This document shows positions 1 through 11,200 of a stretch of 64,000 bases of DNA, piece by piece (position 1 is the stretch's first letter; each line of letters starts with the position of its first letter). Where the stretch lies: the IMG/VR virus record IMGVR_UViG_3300020406_000804, positions 26,462 through 90,461 of that record; one strand, given 5' to 3'. The stretch comes from a virus. The position numbers and the translations under genes were made by a program. The notes beneath the pieces are model-generated. The model was not told where the DNA came from. It ran no database searches and was given only the letters and a program-made list of their open reading frames with translations.

Positions 1-132
1 TATACAGAAACAATAAGAGATTTAAATTTATTTAAAATACCTTATGAAGTATTTAGTGATTCAAATAACTGGTCTAAAATTTTATCTAAATACTTGCCAA
101 GACAAGAAAACAAGCATGAGGTTATAAAGTGA
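1..132 (+). CDS. 3' end of an upstream gene (partial), unknown product
   Basis: Frame 1 is open from base 1 to TGA at 130-132 (YTETIRDLNLFK...HEVIK*). The stop overlaps the GTG start of the next gene (GTGA coupling). Confidence 0.6.
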   Translation, partial: YTETIRDLNLFKIPYEVFSDSNNWSKILSKYLPRQENKHEVIK

Positions 133-779
133 AAAAAGTTTTAATGGTTATGGCACACCCAGATGATGAAATCATATTTGGTTGGCCTATTTTTCAAGAC
201 GAATCAATTGAAAAAAAATTACTTATTTGTTCTTCTGATGCCAACAACCCTACAAGGCAATGGTGCAAAGACCGAAAATTAGCATTAAAAAAAATTTGTG
301 ATAAGCACAACGTAAGTCTAACTTGTCTTGACTATGATTCTTCATTCTATAAAACTCAAACAAGAAGACCCACAGGGATCCCTAGGACGCCCATGGGCGA
401 CTCTGTGGCGCCTTTTAGATCTATGTGTAAAGATATAGAACAAAATATTAAAATTCTTGAGAGAGACTGCGATTTTATATTTACACATAATCCATACGGA
501 GAATATGGCCATTTGGACCACATTCTTTTATTTGATTTGGTTTTGAAGAACTCTAAAAAACCAATACTAATTACAGATATGAATTTGCCCTCAAATTGGG
601 CTAGGTCTTACGCGCCTAGTAAAATTATGAAAAAACTGTTCTATAACAAAGAGTTTAAAAAAGATTTAAATATAGATTATAATAAATATAGCTTTATCAA
701 AAAAGAATATGAAAAGGTCAACAGTTGGACCTGGGGAAGAGAAACACCGCAATCTTGTAATTTATTTATAATTGAGTAG
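129..779 (+). CDS. PIG-L/LmbE-family N-acetylhexosamine de-N-acetylase
   Basis: Has the N-terminal AHPDDE and later THNPYGEYGHLDH (HxDH) metal-binding motifs typical of the PIG-L family. Confidence 0.85.
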   Translation: MKKVLMVMAHPDDEIIFGWPIFQDESIEKKLLICSSDANNPTRQWCKDRKLALKKICDKHNVSLTCLDYDSSFYKTQTRRPTGIPRTPMGDSVAPFRSMCKDIEQNIKILERDCDFIFTHNPYGEYGHLDHILLFDLVLKNSKKPILITDMNLPSNWARSYAPSKIMKKLFYNKEFKKDLNIDYNKYSFIKKEYEKVNSWTWGRETPQSCNLFIIE

Positions 780-809
780 TGTCCAAGAAAAGTAGGAAAG
801 TTTAAAAAA

Positions 810-1661
810 ATGTCAAAATGTTTAGTAACAGGTCACATGGGATTCATAGGATCTCAGCTGTTTAATAAATTAAAAACTTTAGGCCACGAAGTTTTAGGAA
901 TCGATTTAAAAGAAGGAAATGATATCCTAGAAGTTCTAAAAGATGGCTCAATAGAAGAAAAATATTTAGACTTTGCACCAGATTATATTTTTCATTTAGC
1001 ATGCATTCCTCGTGTTGCATACAGCGTGGAACAGCCTGTAGCAACAATGAAAAACAATGTTCTTGCTGGCAGCCTAACATTGAACTATGCAAAAGTTGTA
1101 GATGCAAAAAGAGTGATATATGCAGGCAGCTCTTCAGTTGTAGGAAACGGATCAGGTCCTGCATCACCATACGCACTTCAAAAGCTAGTAACAGAACAAG
1201 AATGTAAAATATATTCTCAATTATATGGTATAGACACAGTTACTTTAAGATATTTTAACGTTTATTCTGAAACAAAAATGGACGGTAACCCATACGCCAC
1301 CGCAGTAGCAAAATGGAGATATTGTTTAGAAAACAACACAAGCCCCTTCATTACAGGAGATGGTGAACAAAGAAGAGATATGGCATATTTAGAGGATGTG
1401 GTATCAGCGAACATCTTTGCTATGAACCATTCAGAAAAATTTTCAGGAGACTTTTTTGATATAGGTACCGGAGATAATATATCTTTAAATGAAATAAAAG
1501 AAATTATACTCAAGAACCATCCGGATGTTCAATTCGACTATATTGCTCCCCGTGAGGGGGACGTTCTATATACAAAAGCAAATATATCAAAAATACAAAA
1601 ACTAGGCTGGAACCCTTACATGAAAATTAAAGAAGGTATCGAATTGTGTTTTAAGAAGTAG
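810..1661 (+). CDS. NAD-dependent NDP-sugar epimerase/dehydratase (extended SDR)
   Basis: GxxGxxG (TGHMGFIG), catalytic Ser stretch (GSSS), YxxxK (YALQK), LRYFNVY and GDGEQRRD motifs. Confidence 0.92.
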   Translation: MSKCLVTGHMGFIGSQLFNKLKTLGHEVLGIDLKEGNDILEVLKDGSIEEKYLDFAPDYIFHLACIPRVAYSVEQPVATMKNNVLAGSLTLNYAKVVDAKRVIYAGSSSVVGNGSGPASPYALQKLVTEQECKIYSQLYGIDTVTLRYFNVYSETKMDGNPYATAVAKWRYCLENNTSPFITGDGEQRRDMAYLEDVVSANIFAMNHSEKFSGDFFDIGTGDNISLNEIKEIILKNHPDVQFDYIAPREGDVLYTKANISKIQKLGWNPYMKIKEGIELCFKK

Positions 1662-1794
1662 GTTTAGCCTTATGTTATATGATTTAATTTTTAAAAAAAT
1701 ACTACAATTCCCTAAAAATACTAATTTTTATAGTGAAGGGGCAAAGGTAGTTTTAACGAGAGCGATAAAAAAACAACTAATAGAGGAGTTTAAA

Positions 1795-2001
1795 GTGAAG
1801 TTATCAGATCAAGCAATGGGAGCCATTATGATGGCCCTTCAAAAAAGTTTAATGGAGCAAAGTGATATTGTTCCTACTTTGAAAAATTTTGAGTTTTCGA
1901 TAGACATATCAGAAAATTTAGTGATTAATAATCCACCTACATTTAAGGTGCCCGAAACTGTTTTTAGTCCTGAAACTAAGAAGACTTCAGGCTCAGATTA
2001 A
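1795..2001 (+). CDS. hypothetical protein (probable GTG start at 1795, inside track ORF 1672..2001)
   Basis: GAGGAG Shine-Dalgarno just upstream of the in-frame GTG; product MKLSDQAMGAIMMALQKSL...; stop overlaps the next ATG. Confidence 0.6.
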   Translation: MKLSDQAMGAIMMALQKSLMEQSDIVPTLKNFEFSIDISENLVINNPPTFKVPETVFSPETKKTSGSD

Positions 2002-2240
2002 TGCCGGCATACTGCTACAAGTGCAATATTTGCAAGCATGAATTTACAGTTCGACACTCTATGTTTTTCGAAGATCAACATTGTGTTGAATGCGGCACCA
2101 AAGATATATTTAAAGTGCCAAAAATTTTAGAAAAATTAAAAATAACATCTACTAAAAAGGTCGGTTCAATTGTAAATAAACACATAGAAGAGACCAGAGA
2201 AGAAGTTAAAAAACAAAAGTTGAAGTGTAAAGAGTTATAA
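2001..2240 (+). CDS. FmdB-like zinc-ribbon protein
   Basis: MPAYCYKCNICKHEF...CVECG gives the MPxYxYxCxxC...CxxCG pattern. Confidence 0.75.
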   Translation: MPAYCYKCNICKHEFTVRHSMFFEDQHCVECGTKDIFKVPKILEKLKITSTKKVGSIVNKHIEETREEVKKQKLKCKEL

Positions 2241-2241
2241 T

Positions 2242-2565
2242 ATGTGGTTTTGGTTATTTTGGACAAACTTTATAATACTTATTTTTTTGCTGCTTTATAT
2301 CAGATGGATACTTAAGTTTATAGAATCATCTAAAGAAGAAATTGATAATATATCTAATATTATATTTGATTTTAAATCTCATCTTGATTCTGTTCACGAG
2401 CTTGAGATGTTTTATGGGGATCAAACGTTGCAGCAATTGATGGAGCATAGTAATCAAGTCATAGAAGATCTTAGCAATATAGATTTTATCATTAATGAAG
2501 GAGAAGAAGATAAAGGAGAAGACGCAAGAGAAGAGAAAGTAATTGAGAAAAAAGAAAAAGAATAA
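2242..2565 (+). CDS. hypothetical membrane protein
   Basis: Hydrophobic N-terminal helix followed by an acidic helical region; tightly packed in the operon. Confidence 0.65.
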   Translation: MWFWLFWTNFIILIFLLLYIRWILKFIESSKEEIDNISNIIFDFKSHLDSVHELEMFYGDQTLQQLMEHSNQVIEDLSNIDFIINEGEEDKGEDAREEKVIEKKEKE

Positions 2566-3223
2566 TTATTTTACCAAAGTTCATGAGGACGCCATAGTAA
2601 GATATGCCTTATCTAGCTGTAGAAAAGAAAAAACCGAACTGTACGGAAAAATTATACAACCTGCTTTTAATGAAATGGTCGGAAAAATAATATTTACATA
2701 TAAGTTTAATAATTTGCCAAATATCGAAAGCTTGAGTGATGATTGCAAGATTTGGCTAACAACAATTTTAGATAAGTATGACCCTTCAAAGGGATCTAAG
2801 GCCTTTTCTTATTTTTCAGTTGTTACCAAGAATTGGTTTATTCATAAAGTTAAAAATAATTCTAAAATGTTAAAGAGGCAAGTATCTTATGAAAATTTAG
2901 TAGAAACAGGAGGACAAGATATACTAGGTACAGCTACAGGCATAGAAGAGTATTTAGATGAGAGAATCCAAAGAGAATTTTGGGAACAACTCTTAAAGCA
3001 AGTCGATAGTTGGGACACAGGTAACTTAAAACAAAATGAAAAAGCTGTGCTTGAAGCAGTAAAGGTACTTTTGCATAATATTGAAGATATAGAAATTTTT
3101 AATAAAAAAGCAGTCTACTTATACTTGAGAGAATTAACGGGACTTAACACTAAGCAAGTTGTTAATAACTTAAACAAGTTAAGAGAAAAATATAGACTTT
3201 TTAAAATTAAGTGGGATAAATAA
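2543..3223 (+). CDS. phage RNA polymerase sigma factor, T4 gp55-like (late transcription)
   Basis: N-terminal NYF motif and a region-2-like YDPSKGSKAFSYFSVVTKNWFI segment resembling gp55-family sigma factors; C-terminal HTH-like LRELTGLNTKQV. Confidence 0.7.
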   Translation: MRKKKKNNYFTKVHEDAIVRYALSSCRKEKTELYGKIIQPAFNEMVGKIIFTYKFNNLPNIESLSDDCKIWLTTILDKYDPSKGSKAFSYFSVVTKNWFIHKVKNNSKMLKRQVSYENLVETGGQDILGTATGIEEYLDERIQREFWEQLLKQVDSWDTGNLKQNEKAVLEAVKVLLHNIEDIEIFNKKAVYLYLRELTGLNTKQVVNNLNKLREKYRLFKIKWDK

Positions 3224-3250
3224 TAAATTTGTTTCGATTCTAGTTATTAT

Positions 3251-3544
3251 ATGAAAAAAAAACAAGATTTAGAAAACTATGTCGATCAGGCAACAAAAAA
3301 TATTGTTGACGATAGAGCAGCAACACAAACATTATTAATAAATTTAATGAAATATATGCAATCGGCAGAAGATAAACACAGAGAGTTCGGCTTAATAGCA
3401 GCAAAATATTTAGAAACGCTGCAAAGGTCTAATGAGCAGTTGGTTAAATTAGCAACAATATTGCAAAAAAAAGAAACAAAACAAGATCAAATAAGCGACG
3501 AAGACAGACAAGAATTATTTGATCTAATCAAAGGCGAAAAGTAA
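3251..3544 (+). CDS. hypothetical coiled-coil protein
   Basis: 97 aa helical ORF. A CTAGTTAT motif lies immediately before the ATG. Confidence 0.6.
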   Translation: MKKKQDLENYVDQATKNIVDDRAATQTLLINLMKYMQSAEDKHREFGLIAAKYLETLQRSNEQLVKLATILQKKETKQDQISDEDRQELFDLIKGEK

Positions 3545-4171
3545 ATGGCCAGAAAAGATATTAATAATATAGACCTCTTAGCAGGCAAAATGTTTGATGA
3601 GGTTCTCAATAACGATCAACAAACATCATCTTATGATAAGTTAAATGCCATATTTAAAAAAGTTAAAAGCTCTCATGCATCGACTGATCCTGGAGAATAT
3701 TACGGGTATCTAATGTATACAATGAAAAGAAATATGGGGTATTTAATAGATAGGTTTGGAAAAGATTCAAAATTTTTAAATGAAGTTGTAACTCAGCATA
3801 ACGAATCAAAATTTGACAATGATTCTGTTCTTTACGAATGTAAGGTTCACATACCAGAGATTTCAGGAATATTGCCAATTCCGGATCTGAAAAAAATAAT
3901 AAGAGCAATGAGGAGACCAGATGATATTGATGTTGAAAAGCTATTAGCTAAAATTGAAGCACAATACTATATTGATGCCGCAGCCGGTACTATGGAAGTT
4001 TTTAAGCTTATAATGTTTCCTAGCTTTTTTTATTATAATCCTCAAAAAGGTGGGCCCCCGCCTTATCACATATGTAGGGTTAGATTTTCTGACTCTATAC
4101 CAACAAAAGGGTGTGGCATATACATGGATACATTAGCAGAAACGTTTTTTGGATTTGAGTACAAAGGTTAG
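3545..4171 (+). CDS. hypothetical protein (possibly baseplate-associated)
   Basis: 208 aa ORF abutting the previous stop and preceding the baseplate genes; no recognised motif. Confidence 0.55.
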   Translation: MARKDINNIDLLAGKMFDEVLNNDQQTSSYDKLNAIFKKVKSSHASTDPGEYYGYLMYTMKRNMGYLIDRFGKDSKFLNEVVTQHNESKFDNDSVLYECKVHIPEISGILPIPDLKKIIRAMRRPDDIDVEKLLAKIEAQYYIDAAAGTMEVFKLIMFPSFFYYNPQKGGPPPYHICRVRFSDSIPTKGCGIYMDTLAETFFGFEYKG

Positions 4172-4195
4172 TTTAAATTAAGGATTTTAATTATT

Positions 4196-5260
4196 ATGGC
4201 TCGTTTTAAGAAAAAAAAATATAAACGAATAAAGGCAACTGCAGACTTTGACTCAATGAACGGCAAAGGAGACAAAAGTCTAAAAGAAGACGTACCTGAA
4301 TATTTGGCTAGATCATCTGATCTTGTAATAACACCAAATCATGATAACAATACAATGATTGTGATGGGTAGAGATAGATTTTCACTTGAAAAAGAGACCT
4401 ACTTTAACGAAAAGGGACACAAGAGGAAAAGAACAAGAGAACAATTTACTAGAGACCCAACAACAACTTCCTTAGTATCTGGCTACTCTGACCACCAAGG
4501 CGCCGGCGCAATTGATATTGTTGTCGGTCGAGGTGCACCATACCCAACATCGAGACCAGGCGCACCAATGGTACCTCTTTTCCAAACAGTTAGAGATTCA
4601 AAAGGCACCGGTAAGGGAATTACACTTGCAGATGGTGAGAGTAAACACCCTGGAATATTTATGGATGCTGCAAGAATATATATTAGTCAGATGTCAGATA
4701 TTGATAGGTATTTTGATATCGGTCATCCGGTAACGCACCCCGTTGATAGAAGCCCCTCATCTGCAATAGTAGTAAAAGCTGATCGTGTTCGCATGCATGC
4801 AAGAAGAGATATTAAAATCGTCGCCGGCGGCGATGGATCTGTTAATATGGACTCAAATGGCTATTCTATAAGAGAGCGGCCTAAAATACACCTCATCGTA
4901 GGAAATGGTGAGTTTGGATATTCCAGACAGCAGCCGATCCCTTTGGGGTACAATTTACTAAATTGTATAGAGAGGATATACAAGTGTCAGCAAAATATTT
5001 TAGAAGTGGTAAACAACCTAATAACAAGCCAAATGGCATTAAATATTGTGGTTGCAAATAGCATTCGAGTAAGTCCCTCTGGTCCCACTACCACGGACCC
5101 AGTTTCACAAGCAATGAGCGTGGTGAAGAGTTTTCAAGACATGAATGATTTGTTCAATGTATACTTTTCTAAATTTTATAATATTCCAGCAGACGAGTTG
5201 GGCTATTTGAACCCTAGTAATAGAAACTATGTTTTAAGCAGGAATGTAACAACGAATTAA
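4196..5260 (+). CDS. putative baseplate hub/central spike-related protein
   Basis: Beta-strand repeats (DAARIYISQ, SAIVVKADRVRMHARRDIKIV) resemble spike beta-helices; lies upstream of the gp25/gp6-like genes. Confidence 0.45.
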   Translation: MARFKKKKYKRIKATADFDSMNGKGDKSLKEDVPEYLARSSDLVITPNHDNNTMIVMGRDRFSLEKETYFNEKGHKRKRTREQFTRDPTTTSLVSGYSDHQGAGAIDIVVGRGAPYPTSRPGAPMVPLFQTVRDSKGTGKGITLADGESKHPGIFMDAARIYISQMSDIDRYFDIGHPVTHPVDRSPSSAIVVKADRVRMHARRDIKIVAGGDGSVNMDSNGYSIRERPKIHLIVGNGEFGYSRQQPIPLGYNLLNCIERIYKCQQNILEVVNNLITSQMALNIVVANSIRVSPSGPTTTDPVSQAMSVVKSFQDMNDLFNVYFSKFYNIPADELGYLNPSNRNYVLSRNVTTN

Positions 5261-5261
5261 T

Positions 5262-8200
5262 ATGAGTTATAAATTATCCATAGACTTCCAATCCAACGGC
5301 TCTATAAATTTTGGGCCTCGAACACCAGGAGAGATAGGAAGAGATATACTTGCAATTAAAATAGCACTAGGCGTTATACTTCCGTATGACCAGCAGGGGA
5401 ACGTTGTGCAAAATTTTAATCAAAATAGTCCTCTCGCATTAGATAACCAACGCTGGTTTGATTGTAGCAATGGTGAGGGTACCGACCTGCTAAAGGCTTC
5501 TACTTTTGATGTACCGCTGCAGCAAGCACTTGGTAATTTTCAGATGAATAATCGCTATTTGATAACAATGTATTTGTTTGAAAAATATGGAATCCCAGAT
5601 ATTCTTGCAAACGGCGGAGAAAATTTTGAATTATCAAAAGAATTTGATATTTACAATAAATTAGTTGAAAAAAATTATTACAAGTTATCTTCACTTTTTG
5701 ATTTGGAGTTTGGATATTTAGGAGAAGCCACTTTAGCTGTGATGCATGGCTGGAACCCTGGTACTCAAGTTGGTATAAAATCTTATTTTCATTCACCAGA
5801 AGTTTATGCTTCGTCACCTCAGGCCGTTACTTTAATACCAAAAGTCATGTATACAGACTTGAACCAAGGTATATTGGGCCCACCGCTTGAGGAGCTAATC
5901 TCATCAGGTACTATTACCAATGCAACACTATCTTTAAATAAAGAGTTATTTCAAGAATATATTAAAACATCTTCTGATTTTAATAATTGGGTACGCGTCG
6001 ATGACATTTCTGATTTAGATGAGGGGATGGTAAGGTTTCTGTATCCTTTTGAATATGCTGTAATAACGCACCCAATTATAACAGAACCCGTTGCAGGTAG
6101 CAATTTGTATCAAGGAGCATCAACGGCGATCTCATCAGGAGACATAGAAGCATCAGCGGAACATGTTATTCCTGGGCAAATAAGGTCAGAAAATGTTAGA
6201 AGATTTTATGAACCAGACCCCTTCTCTAATCCTTCACCTTTCACAATAGACGATGATAGAGTGGGATATTTTTATGAGACAAATTTTTTCTTAAATCCTG
6301 ACGGAAGATTGCCGTCTACAGAAGAAGACGTAATCAAGGCTATAGAAGAGGAGGCCCTCGGCCAAGTCTTAAGTTTTTATAGAAAACCAAAAATTTGGAA
6401 TTTTTTACTAGCCGACGGACCAGAAAGAAGAGCGCTAAAAAGAGTTTATTTTCCTTTTAGTCAAATACCCGCACCACAACACAATGGCTCTTATCCAAAT
6501 GATAGTAATTCATTTTCTGATAGCAGAATTAATGCAGTTTCTCAAATTTCTTATCTAAAAGAAAGAATATCACTTGATGAATCTGAAATTAATAGAATGG
6601 AGGACGTTAAAGAACCTAGAGAAAATTATGCATACCCACCGGTGTCAAGCTACGATGAGGTAAATTGGAGAGCAATAATTAACAGTCGAATCCGTCAACG
6701 AAAAGCTTCCATAGCAGAATACGAGCAAAAAATAAGTGATTTTTTAAATAATCGAGATTTTAATTTTCACGTTCTCACCACTGAGCCTATTCTAGCACAA
6801 TTAGACGAAAATCAAGCTTCATCGTGGAGAAGTATCGAAGATGGCTCATCCGCACCATTAATAGAATTTAAGGAATATCGCACACCGTCACTGCGACCTG
6901 GCCAGGCATATAGAGCTTACCTAGTCCTTAACAGGCAAAAACTTGATTTAATAAAATACGGCCAATCTCAAATTCTCGGAGATACTAATGCATACAGCAG
7001 TCCTAGTACCAGAACTCAAGAAATTCCAGAGGTTTGTTATGACCATTCAACAGATCAATCGCTAAGGACATATGAAGAGTATAAGACTTATGCTCAAAAA
7101 AGAAGAAGAGAAATAGCTAGAGAACTAAAAGCAGAATTTCAGAGAAGATCAGTAAATTCTGATAGCGGAGGAAGAAAAGTAGAAATCGATCTTGGATCAG
7201 GAATCGGGCCATTTGATACAAGAGGCGCCTTTTCAGGCCTTGCAGGTTTCAACAATGTTGAATCCGAGAGAGAGTACACAAGAAAAATCCTTTCAGGCCT
7301 TTTTGAGGGAACCTCAGAAGTGTTTGACAGATTAGGAATCACAGATTCTGATGTTAAAAATTTTCAAGATGTGATTGACACTCAGAACTTTTTTGGGGGA
7401 TCAAATGCAAAGAAAAACAAAGAAAACGCGGAATTTAATAAACTGTTTATAAGTCTAGAGAAACTAGAGCAGAGAATAGATCTCGTAGAAAAAGATTTAA
7501 GAAAAGCGGGAGAAATCATAGCCCGTGAAGGTATTGAATTTGAAGCTGGTAGTAATTTCGATGCGAACAATGAAGGTCAGCAGCTCAAAAGATTTTATAC
7601 GCAAATTAAAGAATTTATAACAGACTCAATTAATGCTGATTCTGCATTAGCCGAGTCTTGGGCCGACACTGGTCTAGGCGCTAGCGGAGGTTATGTATCT
7701 GAGACAGATAAAGTTTTTGTTCAGTTTAATTTTTCAAATGTTCTTTCTCAAGGGCCTGCTCCACTTGGTCCCAATAATGGTAAAGCGATAGTAGCAGTAA
7801 AAATTGGCGTTGATAAAGCAGGTTCTTTTGAAGGAATATTTACAACAGATGTAGAAATGATACCGAATAATTTAAATAATATCACAAGAATAGACAGGTA
7901 TGAAGCTTTATCAAGACCAAGGACTGTAAACTATATAGCTCAAATTGTTAATATGACTAGTCCTTTTTCCGGAGGTTCTTATGGAACCTCACCAGGGGCA
8001 GTGACCAAAAATATATTAACTTCTTTCTTGCAAGATACTTTAAATATTTGCAAAGACTTGGGCTTTGACGCAGAGAAGCACTCGGCTATCTCTTTGGTCG
8101 GCACCTTTACATCTGGATTGAAAATCAAACATTCGGACGAAGAAGCAGTATTTGAAATATTTAAAGAGTGGGGATACACAAATTTTACAAAACCTGCAAC

Positions 8201-11200
8201 CGCCTGGGCTATGGCAACCAGAAAAAATGCAGAGGACTCTCTAAAAGATACCTTTGATGAGGATAAGGCTCTTCGGGCTTTTGGCAAGTTATGCACAATA
8301 GAGCAAATTTATGAAGAGTTTTTGGACGCTATAGACTTGCCAACCCTTCTGTGCAATTATTTAGAATGCATAAAACTGCCCGGCTTTTCCCTAAAATTAC
8401 CTAGTTTATATCTACCACCTTTGCCAAGAATTCCAATTCTTGGCTGGTATGGAGCTTTAGTCAATTTTTTAATTGATGAGGTAGTCCAAATTTTAACTAG
8501 AATTTTATGTTCCTTTGTTAGGACAATCATTGATAAATTAGCTTTTCCTTTTTGCGAAGAGCAGCTAAACGATTTTATTGCTGCCGGCTCATCAACGGGA
8601 ATACCATTAATGAGTCAAGCTTTAGCTGAGGCTCTGACGAACACTGGGATAACAGGAGTCCGAAACCCCGGAGAAGATAACGGAGTCCAAGCAGAAAATA
8701 CTAAAAACTTTTTTGAAGACGTCGCACAGATTGTAACAGGTCCAGAATTATGTTATTTATTAGAGGGAAATCCTTTAGATGACGCCGGCATGGAAATGGT
8801 AAGGCGTTTAGCTGAGAAAAATAACCTAGGAGATCAACTGGTCAGTAACGAATCAATGGCAAATTTTTTTGGAGTGCTTGGGGCCTACGTTCCTCTGGAA
8901 TTATGCAATCAACTTTCAGCCGTACAGCAGCCGCTAGGAGCTGTTTGTGAAGATATTGCAGATGAGTTAAGGTCGATAAGAAATAGAATGCAGACCGGTG
9001 ACCGATCACTTTCGGAGGAAGAAGTAGAAAAAGTCTTAGATATTGCGAAGAAAAATCTAGAAGACCAAAAAAAGTCCTTGCAAGCATTGTCAGGTTCTGA
9101 TTTAAATTCTTTATTACCTGCAAGTCTAAACCCAACAGAAGAAAACATAATTAATACAAACCTACCACTTCAAATGCGGAAACAGTTGAAAATGGGAGTA
9201 GAAGGTATTTTCACGCCAACAAAACTGGCATACATGAGGAGTCTCAGCTCATTTGTACCAGGAATGTCAACTATTCAGCCATCTATATTGCGCCCAGGAG
9301 ATCCTGATTTTGATGATATTTCTGCTTTGAGGCTTGAGTCTGCATTGGAGCAATTAAATAATTTCGCCTCAGCTGTTGAGAGGTCGAAAATCTCAAAAAT
9401 GTTTGAAACATCCAACATAAATGAAGCTATTGGAAAATACCTTCCAGCTCGAAATCCATTAATGGCCCCGCCTAAGTTCGGTCCACGTCAGATTGTAGAA
9501 CTTTTTAAGGTCTTTGAGACAGAGAGGGTTCCAATAAGAGGCGGAGCTACTGACTCATCAGGAAAAAATTATCACTTAGTATTTAAAAAATATAGTCCGT
9601 CTGTGGTTCAAGGGATTTTCGATCAATCTTTTGGTGATGGAAGAAACGCTCCGCTTGTCATGACTACAGCCCATGCCCGCCACCGTGAAGTCTCCCATCA
9701 AAAATTTATGGAAATAATGTCTCCGGATCCGATAAAGGATAATAGTGAAAACGCCAATCAGGCGCTTCTGGTTGGCATACCAGAGGGTGTGAGCGAAAGT
9801 CAAAACTCGTATGGGCATAGTTTGTTTTATCATGCTACCGGCCAGGTAGCTGAAGTACATAAAATATTTATGAACAAACCACTCCGCCTTATAAACCGCA
9901 TACCACATGGACCTCAAGTAAGAATAGACGGATGGTCGGCGGAAGAGGCCCTCCCTAGCGATTCGTTAAATCGCGCATCACCAGCACCACCTCGTGACGC
10001 TCTACGCGTTTCAGCTGTGGCGAGAATGATGCCAGATATTATTATGTGGGATTATGAAGAGAATACTTTTCCGGTATTATCAGAAGATTCTTTTTATTTT
10101 GATGATTTTGACGCGGTCAACGACCAGGCACTCTCGACTGATTTACTCACCCAAACTCAGGGAATTGTAGATAAACTTTTGTTAGATAGTGCCGGCCTTG
10201 GGTTGATTACTTTACCTATCGGCCCAAAACAATCTTCCAACAACCCAAGACAAAGAGATTATTCTTACGAGGCTGTGGAGGAAAGGTTTAATCAATTTTT
10301 AGAAGGAAATCAAAAACTATTAGAGATTGCAAGAGAAAGAATTCAACATCTATCTGGTGTGATATCTGAACAGATTGAAAAGCTCCCAACTGTTAATCTT
10401 GAGCAATATTTGCCACTAATAGATAATGTATTTCAAAAAATAACTAATTTAGACTCTAGATTAATAGGAGATATAAATTATAGTAATGTAAAAACAAACT
10501 CAAATTCTCCTTCTGCGAACTGGAAAAAAATGGAGCCTTTAGATTATTTAAATATAAATTTTAGAGCCGGCACGTATACCCCTTCTGTAAAAATGGTTGA
10601 AATTGCATCAGACCAAAAAAATCTCGATACTTATAACATTGTAATTGATCAAGACTTTTTTCTACGCCAGCCAAGTAAGACAAACGACCCTTATCGAGGA
10701 GATTCAGAAATTAGTAATGAATCAGCCTTTTCTCTAAATGGACCAGATACTGACACTAGAAAAATATTTAGATTTTGCGAAACCTTGCCTAATCGCCTAG
10801 TATCAAAAAATGTTCCAAACTCGCCTGGCATCATTGGTGGCAAACAATTTTCAAAAAGAGAAGCATACGCGCAATGGATGATAAGTAATATAGTAGATGT
10901 TCAAAACTTTAGTTGTGTATTCACTACTGGTGCAAGAGAATATTTAAAGACCTATGCATTTAAATCCGCAACAGAACACACAATGAGAGAAGTTATTAAA
11001 AATATACAACATTCTTCTTTTTTTAACCGAGATTATGCCACTGGTCTGCATGACAGACTCTCAGCTAAATCATATACCATTCCCGGCACCAGATGCAGAA
11101 AAAATAGATATGGATTAACTGAAAATTCTGTAATGACATTTCAAAAAGTTTTACTTAAAGATTCTGTATCAATGATCGAGAATGAAATGAGAAAGCCAAA

